Assembly: GCA_951406725.2 (NCBI GenBank) | Contig: OX597829.1 | Location: forward strand, 51,770,001-51,834,000 | Length of the DNA: 64,000 bases | Reading direction: 5' to 3' | Origin: Octopus vulgaris | Lineage: Eukaryota | Shown here: piece by piece, positions 1 to 14,700 of the stretch | Layout: every line of letters begins with the position of its first letter | Numbering within the stretch: position 1 is the stretch's first letter | Program-made: the position numbers and the translations under genes | The notes under the pieces: model-generated | Databases searched by the model: none | Seen by the model: the letters and a program-made list of their open reading frames with translations, nothing else | Told to the model about the DNA's origin: nothing

Positions 1-3000
1 GGTATTTTTTTACATGATTAATTGAAAATAATGAGAATAAATAAGCATTACATTTGACAAGAGTAATATCTGAATGCAGAAGAGTTAAACAGAAAGCTTG
101 TATCTTATAAGCACGGGAAACCTAAAATGGTTAAAGAATCAATAATTGCAGTATTTCTTTTCATGAGGTCTTGATTTAGAGTTTTATCCATGTTATGTCT
201 AAATACATAGCACTGACACTAAAAAAAGTTTGGCAACTTATCCAAATGTGTGCGATATATGTTACGCAGTGAGTTTTGCCCCCCTCCCCCTCCAATTTCT
301 TCATTTATCATTTTTTCCCCCCGTAACTCTAACCCTAAAACCTTAACACCTTAAAGCTAAAACTAGTATAAATGCACGAATGATGTCATAAATAACAGTG
401 ACAAATGAAAAATACACTGCCGATAGTTGTTGTTGACAAACAATGGCATTTATTCAGCTGAATACACGTCATTGATTGGCTGAAATTACTGAAATATGAC
501 AACTTTAACACGAAATAACTTTGAAAATATAAACTTTTCTTAAAAACGCTAAGAGTAAAAGATGTTTTATATGACACATTCTACCAGTGTTCAAAGTTTG
601 AAAGTGTTTAGTTACAAAAAATTAATTTCTTGATCTGCCGTTCCAGTAATGCATTTGTGTTCTTGTGAACAGGATCATTTTTAAGAGATAAATTTCTAAT
701 ATGTTTTTGTAGATTTAAATTGACCGTCCTGGAACACCCAGACCAATTGATTGGCCCAAGTGATACAAGCTGAAAGGACTTTGAGGCTGATAGATTGGCC
801 CGATGGAACAAATGTTGCGAATGGTTGGTTTTGAGGTGAAATAGCTGATCAGAAATCGTCTTTCAGTAGATGTATCTAAATAGAAAAAAAAAGTTTTGGT
901 GTTTTTGGCTACACATACCAAAACACTGTGTCTCAAAAGGGTTGATTAAAGTTTCTTTTTGATTAAATTTAATAAAAAAAAAAAAAATTATAAATAACTT
1001 TCCATGGAAGGAAGAAAAACAAACAACAGTTCTTTGTTATATATTTTTCAGTTTTTCTTCATTAAACTTCAAGTTAGTATACAAGGCTGACATGCTGATG
1101 ATAAAATCATCTTCAAAATAAAATAATTATAACTACATCGGGAGAATGTAAGGATGTTAGACATTTGTCCACATATACCAAGTACAATACATTAGATGTC
1201 ACAGGAAAAGAATTTAGCTACTGTATCCTGTCTCGAGTAAACAATGGTTATAAAAGGTAAAAAAAATTGCTTTAGATTCAGCAGCGATATTGTTGTTTAA
1301 AATTCAGCAAAATATGAAATTTTAAGAAAACAAATGCAAACAAAACTAATATTTTAAAATTACTTCATTTCTCCATCTCAAATATTGCAGTTTTTCACTT
1401 AATAAGAAATTAATTTCAATTTCATTTTGCCAACTACATGAACAGTAGAAAGTGTTTTAAAATAAGTAGGATTTTTATCCATTTTATTAAGTAATCTTCA
1501 TGACAGGTTTAAAAAATTTATTTATGAACAAATAATAATCCTTTCTATTATAGGCAACAAGGCCTGAAATTTGAGGGGAGACTGTTAGTCAATTATATCA
1601 ACCCCAGTGTTTCACTGGTACTCAATTTATTGACCCCAAAAGGATGAAAGGCAAAGTTGACCTCTGTGGCATTTGAAGTCAGAATGTAGCAACAGGCGAA
1701 ATACCGCTAAGCATTTTGTCCAGCATGCAATGATTCTGCCAGCTGGCCACCTTAATAATAATAATAATAATAATAAAATTAACAAATAGAAGGAAATGTA
1801 ATTTCAAACATGAAATAATAAATTTTTAAAATTATATGGTGGTTGAAGGAGAAACTTAATTTTTTAAAGAATTATATTTTACATACCTACAACATGAAGG
1901 ATTTAATTAAAAAAAAGGGAGATGCTGCAGGTGTTTCCAAGAGAGAAAAGAGATGTTAACTGAGATTCCTAAAATATCCTGATATATGAAACTTAAATAA
2001 TAAAATTGTCAATTGTTAACTCCAGAAAATGTGTGTGTGTATATATATATTCTTTTACTTGTTTGTCACTTGACAGCAGAATGGTGGAGCAATGCACTGA
2101 AGGGTTTTAGTTGAACAAATCAACCCCAGGACTTAGCTTTCAAGCTCGTACTTATTCTATGGGTCACTTTTGCTGAGCTGTTATGGGGACATGAACATAC
2201 TGACACTGGTTGTCAAGCAGTGATATGGGGACAAACACAGACACAAATAGCTATATATATATATGATATATGACAGGCTTCTTTCAATTGCCTTCTACCA
2301 AATCCACTTGCCCAAATTGCCACACAGTGGGACTGAACCCAGAACCATGAAGTTGGGAAGCTAGCTTCTTACCACACACACACACATATATATTTGTTAG
2401 TAGAAATATATATGTGAGAAAAGGTTGAGTTCTATTTCATCCTTTACTTTGGAGGGTTCCAAGGGTCAATTTCTAATAAAGATCTTTCACATTTCATTGG
2501 TAGCTTACAGTTGTAAGAATTTTGTTATGAGAATTTATAGAACACATATCCAAAAGAAACTCAACATGGCGAAGAAAAGATGTTAAAAATTAGAAATTCC
2601 TAAAATATCCTGATATATAGAATTTCTCTTCTGCATCTTTAACAGTTTGTCGAGTTTCTATAGGATACTTGTTCTATAAATTCTCATGACACACACACAT
2701 ATATATATCACTTATACACATAGATATATAAACATACACACACACATACAATATACATATCTGGCCTGGGTATGATTTTAAACGGCATCTGATAGCAGGG
2801 GGTCCTATTTCAGAAGTTCCAGAGTTTTGAAGAGTGTGAAATCACTTCTTAGCCATTACTGGTCTCAGGTTTACTCTGACCTGGAGTAGAAACACATGTC
2901 AGGGTCCTGGCTATGGGTCAATTAGCACTTTATGGAGGAAACTACAAGCACAAACCTCAATGTCTTGTGAGTACTTTGGGAAAGGAAATGACTAGTGGGA

Positions 3001-3645
3001 GTCAACCTTGAGAAGCAAATCAAGGAGTGGAGTCTTCAGGTAGTCGAGTGCTCTCTTTGACTCCCTTCTGGCGACTCCAGAGTAGGTGGAGCTCTCCAGT
3101 CCTGTAAAGTAATTCACCTTGAAGGCCACTCCAATATAAAAACCTACAGCTTGCTTGTCACAGCAGGGGTCTCGGCCTGCTGATCCATTGTGGTCAGATC
3201 TCCAAGTCTAGAGTTGGGGGTCAGATTGCAAGGACTGACTCACACTTTAATACTAGTGCAAAGCAGAAAAAAAAAAACCTTGTAGGGTCAAGAAGTGGTT
3301 TACGTAGCCATTTGGGTGCATGCTGCTCTTCCTCATGAAAGCTGAACACAGAGAAACTGCCATTATCATCATCATTATCTACTTTAATATCCATTTTCCA
3401 TGCTGGTACCACATAAAAGTGCCCATGCAGTGTCACATAAAAGCATGTGTGCAGTGCTATGTAACAAGCACCCAGCATACTCCATAAAGTGGTTACTGTT
3501 AGGAAGGGCATCCAGCTGTAGAAACCGTACTGGATCAGGCTGGAGCCGAGTGCAACTCCCCAGCTTTGGTCAAACTGTCCAACACATGCCAGCATAGACA
3601 ACGGATGTTAAATGATGATGACATATATATTTCACACATACACAT

Positions 3646-3676
<31 letters not shown>

Positions 3677-3693
3677 TTACATATATATATATA

Positions 3694-4192
3694 CCATATT
3701 TGATGGCCTATAAGATGCGCCTTTTTTTAACCCAAGAATGGCTTAAAAAATTCCCCTTCGTCCAATGCACTCAATATAGGCTCAAAACTCGTGACTGTTG
3801 GCCGAAATTATACATCAGAGGTCGTGTAGATGTAGCCTAGCCTAACTCTCTAGGACATTGTAATAACCTATTTTTTCAAAAAAACATTTGTTTATTATTA
3901 TTATTATTATTATTTATCATCATCACAATTACTATTGCTAATATGATTATTACATATGATGCTATTATCGCCTATGGTATGTATGTTCACAAAATGTGTG
4001 CTGCCATCTGTTGAACAATCGCCTACAGTATGTTTATATCGAATGTGGATTCAATAAATTGCTTATAATAAAGTTAAAAAGGTAAGTGGAGGAATTAAAA
4101 TATTATTTTAGTGGTAATTTATTTTACAAAAGTATAGCCTAGGCTAGGGTGTGTCCTATGTGCTTGAGTGTCTTGTAGGCCATCAAATACAG
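3694..4192. mobile_element. Non-autonomous Tc1/mariner-superfamily (pogo/Tc2-like) element
   Basis: TIRs ccatatttgatggcctataaga / tcttgtaggccatcaaatacag, flanked by TA. Confidence 0.8.
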
Positions 4193-4576
4193 TACATTTA
4201 CATACATATATATAAATAAATTTACACACACACACATATATATATATAAATTAACACACACATACATATATATCCATTTTTTTTTCTCTCTTCATTTCTG
4301 TAGAAGAGTTTGGGCTTGAAACATCAAAGAACCTCCATTTTTCCTGAGCACTAAACTAATATACTTTGTTCTTCCTTCACCTGTGTCCATCTTCTGCATT
4401 TTGTTTCTTCTTTTTTTGATCTGTTGTGAACTACAAACACACACACACACATGGTGCCTTGTTTTCATTTATTTTGTAGCACAAAATCCAAAGCCCTCAG
4501 TAAACTCCCATGTTAGAAATGAGTAGAATCTAGCATGTTTGTCACATGTAAGGCAAACAAGACTACACAATACCAA

Positions 4577-4611
<35 letters not shown>

Positions 4612-6419
4612 TAAATAAAACATATGCATATATATATATATATACATATATGTACGTACCTACCTCTACATGTATATATACACGCATATATGAGTACAGG
4701 ACACCAAAAAAACGTTGAACACAATGAGAAACGAAAACATAGACACAAACCCAAGGAACTGGACATTTTTCTTAAACAACAAAAAAAATAGAGTACAGGA
4801 CAAATAACACAAGGAAAAAAACCTCTTCTTCAGTCGCCATGGTTTCATCTACTCTACGTTTCGAAGGTGAAGGCGAGACGTATCTTCGATAGAAACTTTC
4901 CTTCCTGCGAAAAGCAAATCAAATAAAATTTGAGATCTTTTTGCAGAGGGGTAACACACACACACACATAATTTCTCTCACATACACAAATAAGTAGTAA
5001 TGAACTGAAAGCATGAAGAATCAACACTGCATGAGAGGTTAAATAGAAGAGTGCCACCAATGTGACACTGACGGATTTCATGTTAATTGTATTCACAATT
5101 ATTCACCCATTGTTTGAATGATAACAGCAACTCTACCATCTTGTTAGGAGAGAGCACACTCTTGCCTATTAGGATCACAGAGTTGCCACTATCATTCAAA
5201 CAGTGAGTCAAAAAGTGTAAATGCATTAACATGAAACTATTGGTGTCATATCAACAGCACTCAACTATATGTACATACACAGATACACATTTTATGGCAA
5301 TCGTCCACTTTAATACTATGCTTTACTTTAGATTTATACGGAAGGAAATGAGTATATTTAGAATTGTCACAACTGAATTCCATTCATTCAACAAAAATTC
5401 TTGAGGAACATTTTAAATTTAACAGAATTAATATTATTTTCACTGACCAACTTGTTTTTTTTTTGTCTTTTTTCTTCTTTCTGCTTACTAGTTTTTATTG
5501 AAATAAGAAAATTCAAATAAATAATTAACGATGAATTTCAAACTAAAATTCTATTTCAGTAATTAAATGAAATTGAAAGTATTTCTTGTGCTTCATAAAC
5601 ACCATATAAATGCACTGATCTGGATTCAAAGAGCTTATTTGAATATGATCATGTTGTCACAAAAGAGTCTCCATATGTATTTTTGTATGTATGCACACAC
5701 ACACACACTTGCAGAAATACCTATTTCTTTATTACCCACAAGGGGCTAAACACAGAGGGGACAAACAAGGACAGACATAGGTATTAAGTCGATTACATTG
5801 ACCCCAGTGCATAACTGGTACTTAATTTATCGACCCCAAAAGGGTGAAAGGCAAAGTCGACCTCGGCGGAATTTGAACTCACAACGTAACGCAGACGAAA
5901 TACCGCTAAGCATTTCACCCGGCGTGCTAACGTTTCTGCCAGCTCATCACTAATATCAACTTTTCCATGCATGCATGGATTGGGCGAAGTTTACTGAGGC
6001 AGATTTTCTGTGGTTGGATGCTCTTCCTGTCACCAACCAGGGTAATTATTTCCTCCATGACGAGAGAGTGAATATTGGAAACGAATGACACTGCTTGTAA
6101 TACAAGGGCAATCATTTCACAATCATCACATGATATAAAGACAAAAGAAACACAAATATATACGCATTCACACATACATACACACAAACTCACACATATA
6201 CGATGGGTCTTTTCAATTTCTATCAAATCCACTCAGCAAGGCTTTGGTCAACTTAAAGCTAGAGTAGAAGACATTTGTCCAAGGTATCATGCAGTAAGAT
6301 TGAACCTGAAACCATGTGGTTGGGAAGCAATCTTCTCAACCACAAAGCCACTCATGCCTATTGTGTATGTATGTATATATGTATGTATATATATGTATGT
6401 ATGTATATATGTATGTATA

Positions 6420-7290
6420 TGACGGAAATAAATAGACACCCCATAAAACATCGTTTACTGTTTATTCTAACTTGTAAAGGTTTATATTTCTTATTAATTG
6501 ATATTTCTATGTTTCAGGTTCTATATGTGACTGTTTAATCATGCCACGTATAAAAGAAGCCTTGGAACTGTCTGAATTTCAAAGATGCTATATTGTGGGT
6601 CATTCTGAAGGTGGACATAGCATAAAATTGCAGAAAACCTTGGGATCCCGCTTTCTACAAATAATAAAGTGATTGTACAATTCACCAGAGAGAGGAAGGA
6701 GTCCACATCACCTCACCCAGATCAACCAGAGCCTTCTGTCAGGACCCTTCGCTTTGTTAAGAGAAGTGTGGAGGATAATCCTCATTGCGAGACCTCTGAC
6801 ACAGTAGAACAAGTTGATGTCAGTCCCGGAACAGCTGTCAAGTATCTTCACAGAGTAGCAAGAAGAAAGCCACTTCTTTGACCAGCTAACATCAAGCAGA
6901 GAAAAGATTGGGCCAGTGCGATGGTGGAGAGGCCACTAGCATTTTGGGACATTGTCATATTCTCTGATGAATCCAGATTTGCTGTATTTCCTCATAGTGA
7001 CCAAGTGGGGGGGGGGGGTCTGGAGACTCTGTGATCAACAATTTGATGCAAAAAGATTGCAGCCAACAATGAAACACAGCAGCTATTCTGCGATGGTCTG
7101 GAGGGCAATTTGGAGCAATGGTTGATCAGAGCTGGTGGAATGTGAGGGAAACAAACTGGGATAAATATGTGTCCATATTGCAGAAAGACTCCTTCCAGTC
7201 TTCTTCAGTAATGAAATCATTAAAGAATGTTGGTATTTCAGCAACAACAATTGGAAAATACCACATGGTGAACAGGAAATCAGTTGCATG
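6420..7290 (+). mobile_element. Tc1-family transposase remnant (frameshifted)
   Basis: Fragments [34 protein letters not shown] and FQQ. Confidence 0.85.
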
Positions 7291-7329
7291 GTTGGAAGAG
7301 AAGTAGGCAGGGGTGGTGTAACAATATAC

Positions 7330-7760
7330 CTATGGTTATAAGTATGCACAGATACATGCACACATGTGGATATTTGTACATGTGTATATATGATACATAT
7401 AAGATTGTATGGATATGCATATGCATGTGTGAGTGTATGCCCATGCATGTCTGTATGTGGTTGTACTTATGCATGTGCATAGTACACATGCAAAAGAGTG
7501 CATGCATACCCGTGTATGCCTGCATATGCATACTGGTGTGTACATGCATATACATGTATACTGGTGTATACATCTGTATCCATGTGTGTATGTATGTACG
7601 TATAGATGAACATACATACATATGCATACACACACACAGGGTGTACTTGCATATCCACTTGCACGTGTACATATGTACATGTATGTATGCATGCATGCAT
7701 ACTTGTGTGGGTGGGCATGTACAAGGGGGTGTGGATATGCAGGTGGACACGCATGAGCAA
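7330..7760. repeat. Degenerate alternating purine-pyrimidine (TG/TA/CA) tract
   Basis: Directly visible. It is the source of spurious C/M/H/Y-rich ORFs. Confidence 0.9.
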
Positions 7761-8149
7761 GCATAGGGGATTGGTGGCACTGCTCATGGAGGTTGGTTGG
7801 TGATGGTGCAGCTGGTCCTAAGGTGGTATACCCAAGTTGTTGGCAGCCAGTGGCATGAAATTCACCAGTAGGGCATAGCTCTGGTGACGGCAATAGGACA
7901 GATCATACTTCTTGTTGATGGATACTACAGGTTGGTAGATGTGCAGTTTTTCGTGGAGGCAGAACTGGTAAATAGGGGTGTCAGGTAAATACGGTAGTGC
8001 CTTGTCAACAACAATCCACTTGATACTGGGTGCTTCATCTCAGAGGTCACAGTCTCCAGAGAAAGCAAGACAGGTAAGTAGAATTCTCTCTTTCCCTGGA
8101 TCTGAATGAGTGCCTGTGCTGGGAGTATCTCCCCTTGAAGTCATTGGCT

Positions 8150-8850
8150 GTCATACCTATATAGTACTTAATCAGATGGTGTAAGAGTGGCTCTGTATAC
8201 TATGGCCCTTAAGAGGCAGGATCCTTCTAGAGGGCAGGTGATGGAGTTTCGGCAGTTGCAGGTTGGGATTGGGGTTGTGTGGGTGCATATTTTCGTCTGT
8301 TGATGTGTACGATATCTAAGCAGGAGTAGCTCACCATGATATTACGGGGCTTGAAGAGCTTGTAATATTTATGGCCTCTGGGGAAATGTTTCTTAATTAA
8401 CAACAGGAAGTCTCTAGCTATGTTAGTAGACACTTCTAGGTTGAATGGGGGTGGGGTTTAAACTAGATAATTTTCCTTTTCATATTTCTCTTGGGATGAG
8501 GGAGGGGGTCTGGAGATCATCCACATATGTCAGCTTCTCAGTAAACCTGTGCCTAGCTGAAGCATCATTGTAGTGGAGGTGGCCCTATTAAAGATCTCCC
8601 TGTTGGTCAAGAGTTTTGATACCCCATTTTCTAATGCCTAAAACCAAGTTTCTAGAACAGGTGGTGGTGGGTGACCTCTGGTGGATGCATAGCATTCCCC
8701 AAATAGGCTTCCTGTAGAGGTAGTACTTACCCATGTTCAGGTCTAAAGTTATGTCCAAGAAATTGACAGCAGTCAGGTTGGTGATAACCATTATGGAGAG
8801 GATAAATTCTTTGAATATTTTTTTTATCAAGTCCTTCCTGAACCTGTTCA
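8150..8850 (-). mobile_element. Penelope-like retroelement remnant (RT thumb, linker, start of GIY-YIG)
   Basis: NFLDITLDLNMGKYYLYRKP, TNIARDFLLLIKKHFP...VSYSC and CLLRAIVYRAT. Confidence 0.8.
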
Positions 8851-11356
8851 GACATATATATATGTGTGTGTGTGCGTATATGCTCATACACCCGCATGTA
8901 TGTGCTTATGTGAGTGAATAAGATTGAGTAAGTGTATGCCTACACACATCTGTGTATGTGTGATTATACGTATGTGTGTGCATAGGGATACATGCACGCA
9001 CAAGTGGGTATGCATATATACAAGCATAGGTGCATATACATATACATTATCATCATCATCATCGTTTAGCGTCCGTTTTCCATGCTAGCATGGGTTGGAC
9101 ATTATATATATATATATATATATATACCTCATTGATGGCTGCTCCTTGTAATGATGGAAGGCTTATGTAGTTCAATGGCCAAGATCAATGCTATCAAGAG
9201 TCTAGAGATTTTGAAATGGTAACTATTGGCTGCAAGATTAAAGAAGAAGACCCAAACTTAATCTGATTAACCCCACTTCAAACCTGAAATTCCTGGCAAC
9301 AGAAGAATGAGTGAAGGCGTCAACAATGGTTCATCTCAATAATGTTTGAACTGGTCAAAACGGGTAACATCAAACAGACCATTTAACAAAAACCTTCTTG
9401 AGACCAACCATTCGAGATAATCCAGCAACAGTCCACTCTCCACTCCACCTCATTCTACATGAGCCACAGAAGATGGTCCTGAAAGCATAGAGTGCAGGTC
9501 ACTCTCTTATCAAGTTGAGATCCACCATAAACAAATCCGCACCATCACCATTTATTCCTGCTAGGATTGCCTTTGGCACATTGTGTGTGTGTTGTGTTCT
9601 TGAGCAAGACACCTTACTTCACTCAGCTGTAGAAATGAACTGCCAAGCTGTATCGGCCCCTTTGCCTTTCCCCAGGATAACACTGGTGGCATGGAGAGGG
9701 GAGGCTGGTATGCATGGGCGACTGCTGGTCTTCCATAAACAACCTTGCCTGGACTTGTGCCTCAGAAGGGAACTTTCTATGTGCAATGCCATGGCCATTC
9801 ATGACCAAAGGGGTCTTTACTTAATACATATAAATATAAACCCTTCTAATACCAACAGAACCTACGGTAAATAGATTTTTCCTTATGTCAATATATTACA
9901 TGCATAGGATGACAAACTGGCAGGACTGTTACTGTGCTGGGCAAAATGCCTTGAGGCATTTTGTCCATCCTCATGCTCCGAGTTCAAATTCTGCCAAGGT
10001 CAACTTTGTCTTTCATCCTTTTCAGGAACCAATAAAATAAGTATAAGTTGAGCGGGAGTGTGTGTGTGTGTGGGGGTGGTGGTGGATGTAATCGACTTAA
10101 CCTCCTCCCCTAAAATTGCTGGCCTTGTCTCAAAATTGGAAACCAATGTATTACATCCATGCACACACATTTACCTACACACACTCACACAAACACGTTA
10201 CAGTCATTAATGTGCAAAGGCTTAAGTGGTACAAAAAGTTGCTTTTGTTGGGGGTTTTTCCCCCCTTCCTCCTCTCTCTGCCATTGTGCATCTCATATAT
10301 TTTCATTTGACCTCCAAACTGAAGCACATAGGTACAACTTACTATCAAAAAGAAAAAAAGAAACATTACTTTTTTTAACATCCTGTCTAGGTTGACTTAA
10401 CCTAACAGAAGAATGCAAGCATTTTTACTTGACCAGAATAGAAGGGAAGGTAAATGGTGTCTATCTGTCCACCTGAATAATTCACAATCACCCATCCTTT
10501 GCTTTACACATACACACATCAGTGTCAGTCTGGACACTGCTATACGTTTTCAAAATACAAATTTACTTGTGAGTGGGATTTTTTTCCTCAATCATAAGAA
10601 CCATTGTTTTTTTTTAACTATACCAATTCTAATGTGTTCCCAAAGAGAATTGTAAGTCTCAAAGACATATAGAGTAAAATGCTTTTACCCAAGGCCAGAT
10701 GAAAACCCTTCACCCCAATGTATTTTTATCCTGCTCAGACAAGGAAAAAAAACACATGTACAACCAAACACACAACTATTATTCATAACATTCATCACAA
10801 AATAATGCTCAAAGTTTTCAAGAATATTTTCAATATAAGTTTAGAAAAAGAAACTGCAATTAAATCTTATAAAAAAAAACAATGATTGTCAAATACTTAC
10901 AAAAAAAAAAAAAATTTCCCTCAAGAAAAGATAGTATACTTTTTTGCTAATCAAAACCACATGTGCATGAATGTGTGAAGATAAATTTAAGAGGAAGTTG
11001 ATGATTATTATGTATACATACATACACACACACATGTATATACATACATACATATATATATATATATTTACATGAAGTTAAATATATATACGGTGATCAA
11101 TGTTTTTGCATCCATAAAGTGCTTACCTTTACAGTAGATTCGTTAAGACTCTAATGGCCGCAGTTATATATGCCGATGGTCATTAGAGCCTGATGCATTG
11201 TCTATAAAACGCTTTATAGGTGCAAAACCATTGGTCACTCTATGACTGGACATATATTCAACTTCATGTAACTATGTTACTGCTCTAATTTTTAGAGTGT
11301 GCTTTTCTCTTTCTGGTATATTATGAACTGAGAATATATATATATGTATGTATATG

Positions 11357-11392
<36 letters not shown>

Positions 11393-11532
11393 CACACACA
11401 CAAACAAGGTGTGGGGATGTGTATGCATTTGTGTCAATGATAACAAGTTGTGTTTGCACACACGTGTCATGAGCTGCCTTATATTTTTAAATTTAAAAAA
11501 AAAAAAATTTTGTTTGTTGTTTTTTGTTAGTT

Positions 11533-11742
11533 TCAAAGTTTCCATGGTAACGTCCTGATTTGTTGTAGACCGGTGTTCTCTTCCTCGGTGGAAGAGCTCT
11601 TTGCAGACACCGTAGCTGCGGCAGCTTGAGTCGTTCCAGCAGCAGATGCATCGGACGCAGCAACCTTTTCAGCAAGTTCAGCAAATTTGCTCACGTAGTC
11701 CATACTGTTTTCATTCATAATCATCTGTAATGTGGTATCCAA
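11533..11742 (-). CDS. CRAMP1: CRAMP1 last coding exon ([24 protein letters not shown]...stop)
   Basis: ttacag| acceptor, conserved C-terminal MNENSxDY motif, TGA at 11535-11533. Confidence 0.93.
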   Translation of the reverse strand: MDTTLQMIMNENSMDYVSKFAELAEKVAASDASAAGTTQAAAATVSAKSSSTEEENTGLQQIRTLPWKL

Positions 11743-14700
11743 CTGTAAAATATCAAACATAACATACAAAAATAAATAAATGAGAGAGAATACGAAATGG
11801 AAATCCAATCAGGTGGGAAGTATAAAATTTTTAGCTCATAATCCTACATCCCTTTAGCTGAGTCGCAGTGGGGGTGCCTTGTCTTGTGAGTTATGTGGTG
11901 ATCTACACAAATAACAGAAGTCAATAAACCCCATTCACGAACATACAATCATCAACGTAATTATATAACCACTAACTGAAAACTTAAACTTATAAAACAT
12001 TAGCCCATAACTCACTGACATTCAACAATACTCTAGCCAAAATTACTGAATCTGAAATAGCAGCCTCCACACTTTGTGAAATGGCTGGCATTCAGAAAAG
12101 CACCCAGTACACTCTGTAAAGTGGTTGGCCTAAGGAAAAGAACCCACGGCATGGTCCTCTGGCTCATCCATTCCTGCTGAACCACTCAACGCATGGAAAA
12201 CAGATGTTAAATGATGATGAGGGGGAAGATTTTAAGAACTCTACATCCACAACTAATGAATAGTTTGGGAGATAAAGCGGCTGCTACTGTTTTAACTTAT
12301 ATCACTATAATTTTCACAATTAAGAAATATATCCACTTCCTGGTTGATGAAACACTTCACCTCCAATATACAAAGCTGCTGAAATACTTATTAATTACAC
12401 ATTTAGAGCAGTGAATTTCCCCTATATAACCCTTTTGTTAACATATTTCTCCTGAAATATGCTAGCAAAATACATCACTATTAAGCTGGTGTTTGGAATG
12501 TAAATAAACACAAAATTTTGATGGCAATTCTAAGCCGACTACAGTCTGGGCCCTCATTTCATTTGGTCCATCATTACTAAAGCAAAAACTTTTTGTTTTC
12601 CTCACCAATCTTTGGTTGACAAACTAATAAAATTCACTATCGAAAATATCTCAGCAAAAGTCTTTTTTTTTAAAATTAATTTTTTATGGCTACGTGGTTA
12701 AGAAGTTCCACTTCCCAAATATGTAGTTAGAGGTTCAGTCCCACTGTGTGGTATCAAAGCTTTGTGAGTGAATTACATGGAAACTTAAAAAAAGCTGCTG
12801 TGCATATGTGTGTGTGTGTCTGGGCTCCCCTTCTCATAACACTGCGGGATGACTGCAAAAGAGGGCCACAGTCACAGAAGTAGTGGTGTTCATTCCCAAT
12901 TTTCTTTGGAAACAGTTGACCATGAGGAAATATTACCTTCATTGGAAGCAGGTGCAAAAGGCTCTTGATTGTAGAAAATTTGCTCCAACAAGTGCTGTTT
13001 GGCTCATGGAAGCATGGAAAAATGGACATTAAAAGCAGCAGCACTGGCAGCAGTCACGATAAAGTTAATCAGTAATTCAGATATTCAGTTTCAATACTCA
13101 AGTTGCTCAATCCCCCACTGACTCGGATAAGCTCATCCTTCTATCAATGTTGAGTTGAGGCAAGAAGTGAAACGACCAAGTTCACAAAATATTAGATTAC
13201 CAGCTTAAAAATCAGTTTGAAATTCAACACAAGTATTTTGTGGCTGTCTTGCTGTCAGAAATAAGTGGTACACCTGAAAACATTTGTTAAATGCGCAGAC
13301 TCCCTCAAATGCTTGGGGGTGGGGGAATTATTACAAGTTGTAGTTAGCTTTTGTTATCTAGGAGACCAAGTTAGCAGTGGTGGAGGAAGTTCTGAAAGTG
13401 TATTTGCTAGAATAAGAACAGGCTGGGCAAAATTCAGAGAGTTTCTATCTTTGTTGGTAACTCAGGGCCTCTCCCTCAGAGTGAATGACATTGTATGATG
13501 CCTGTGTATGTGAAGCTATGTTACACGGCAGTGAAACATGGACTTCAACTACAGAGGACTTGTGAAGGATTGAAAGAAATGAACCTAACATGCTCTGTTG
13601 GATGGGTAATATCAGTGCACACACACACACACAACAGAGTGTAAATGATTTAAGAGGAAAACTGGGTACAAGAGGCATCAGATGTTGTGGGCAAGAGAGA
13701 AAACTGTACTGGTTTGGTCATGTGATGCATGTGGATGAGGACAGCTGTGTGAAGAAGTACTGAGTTCCAATTGTGGAGGGTACCTGTGGAAGGGGTAGAA
13801 CTAGGAAAACATAGGACAAAGTTGTGAAAAAAGATCTTCAGATGCTAGGCCTCATTGTGGGACTACTGGGAGATGTGGTGATCTGCTGTATTTGATAAGA
13901 TATGTCAAGCTAAGTAAAATCGCTATCTTCCACACATACAGGCTTGTCCTTTGAGGTGCCAGTGCCACATAAAAAGCACACTTTGTTAAGTGGTTGGCAT
14001 CAGGAAGAGCATCCAGTCATAGAAACCATGTCACATCAGAAAATTGGTGTTTGAACAGTTCCATGTCAAACCATCCAACCCTTGCCAGCATGGAAAGCAG
14101 ACGTTAAAACTAGTAGATTCTCATCTTATTTTCCAAACACCTTTAATTAGAAGCTAATGATTGTTGTTGCTTAGCCCCAGGTCAATCCTGATCAAACATG
14201 TTCCAGTTCAGCTACATTATGCAATATGTCGTTCAAAATTTTAAATCTAGCTGGGTATGATTTGAGGAAGATTTGGCTGTTATTCCTCATGTGTCAAACA
14301 ACTGCTTAGAGGCTCTCTTCAATAAGCCAATTTGCAATTCTCCAAGGCATGAGAAGTCCAACCAAATTTTCCAATTTCATCGTCAAGCAGAATCGCATGC
14401 TTAATACATACTAGTGTGGCCCATTCATTAAATGAAAAAAAATTTCTCTATTGTCATTAATAAAGGGATTAATTCCCTGAAACTTTTTTCCTATTTCTCT
14501 TCACAAAAATAAAAATTAATTAGAAAAAAAAAAAAAAAAAAGATTCAAAGCAACATTCTTCTTAATGTTTATTTGCAAGAACGAAGAAGCATATCTCTAA
14601 TGTAAATATATTTTAATTGGATCTATGCATCTTTCTACTGCTTTCTTCTGCAATTCTGTCTCTTGTGTTTTCGTAATAGGAGAGGAAAAAAAAAATAGAG

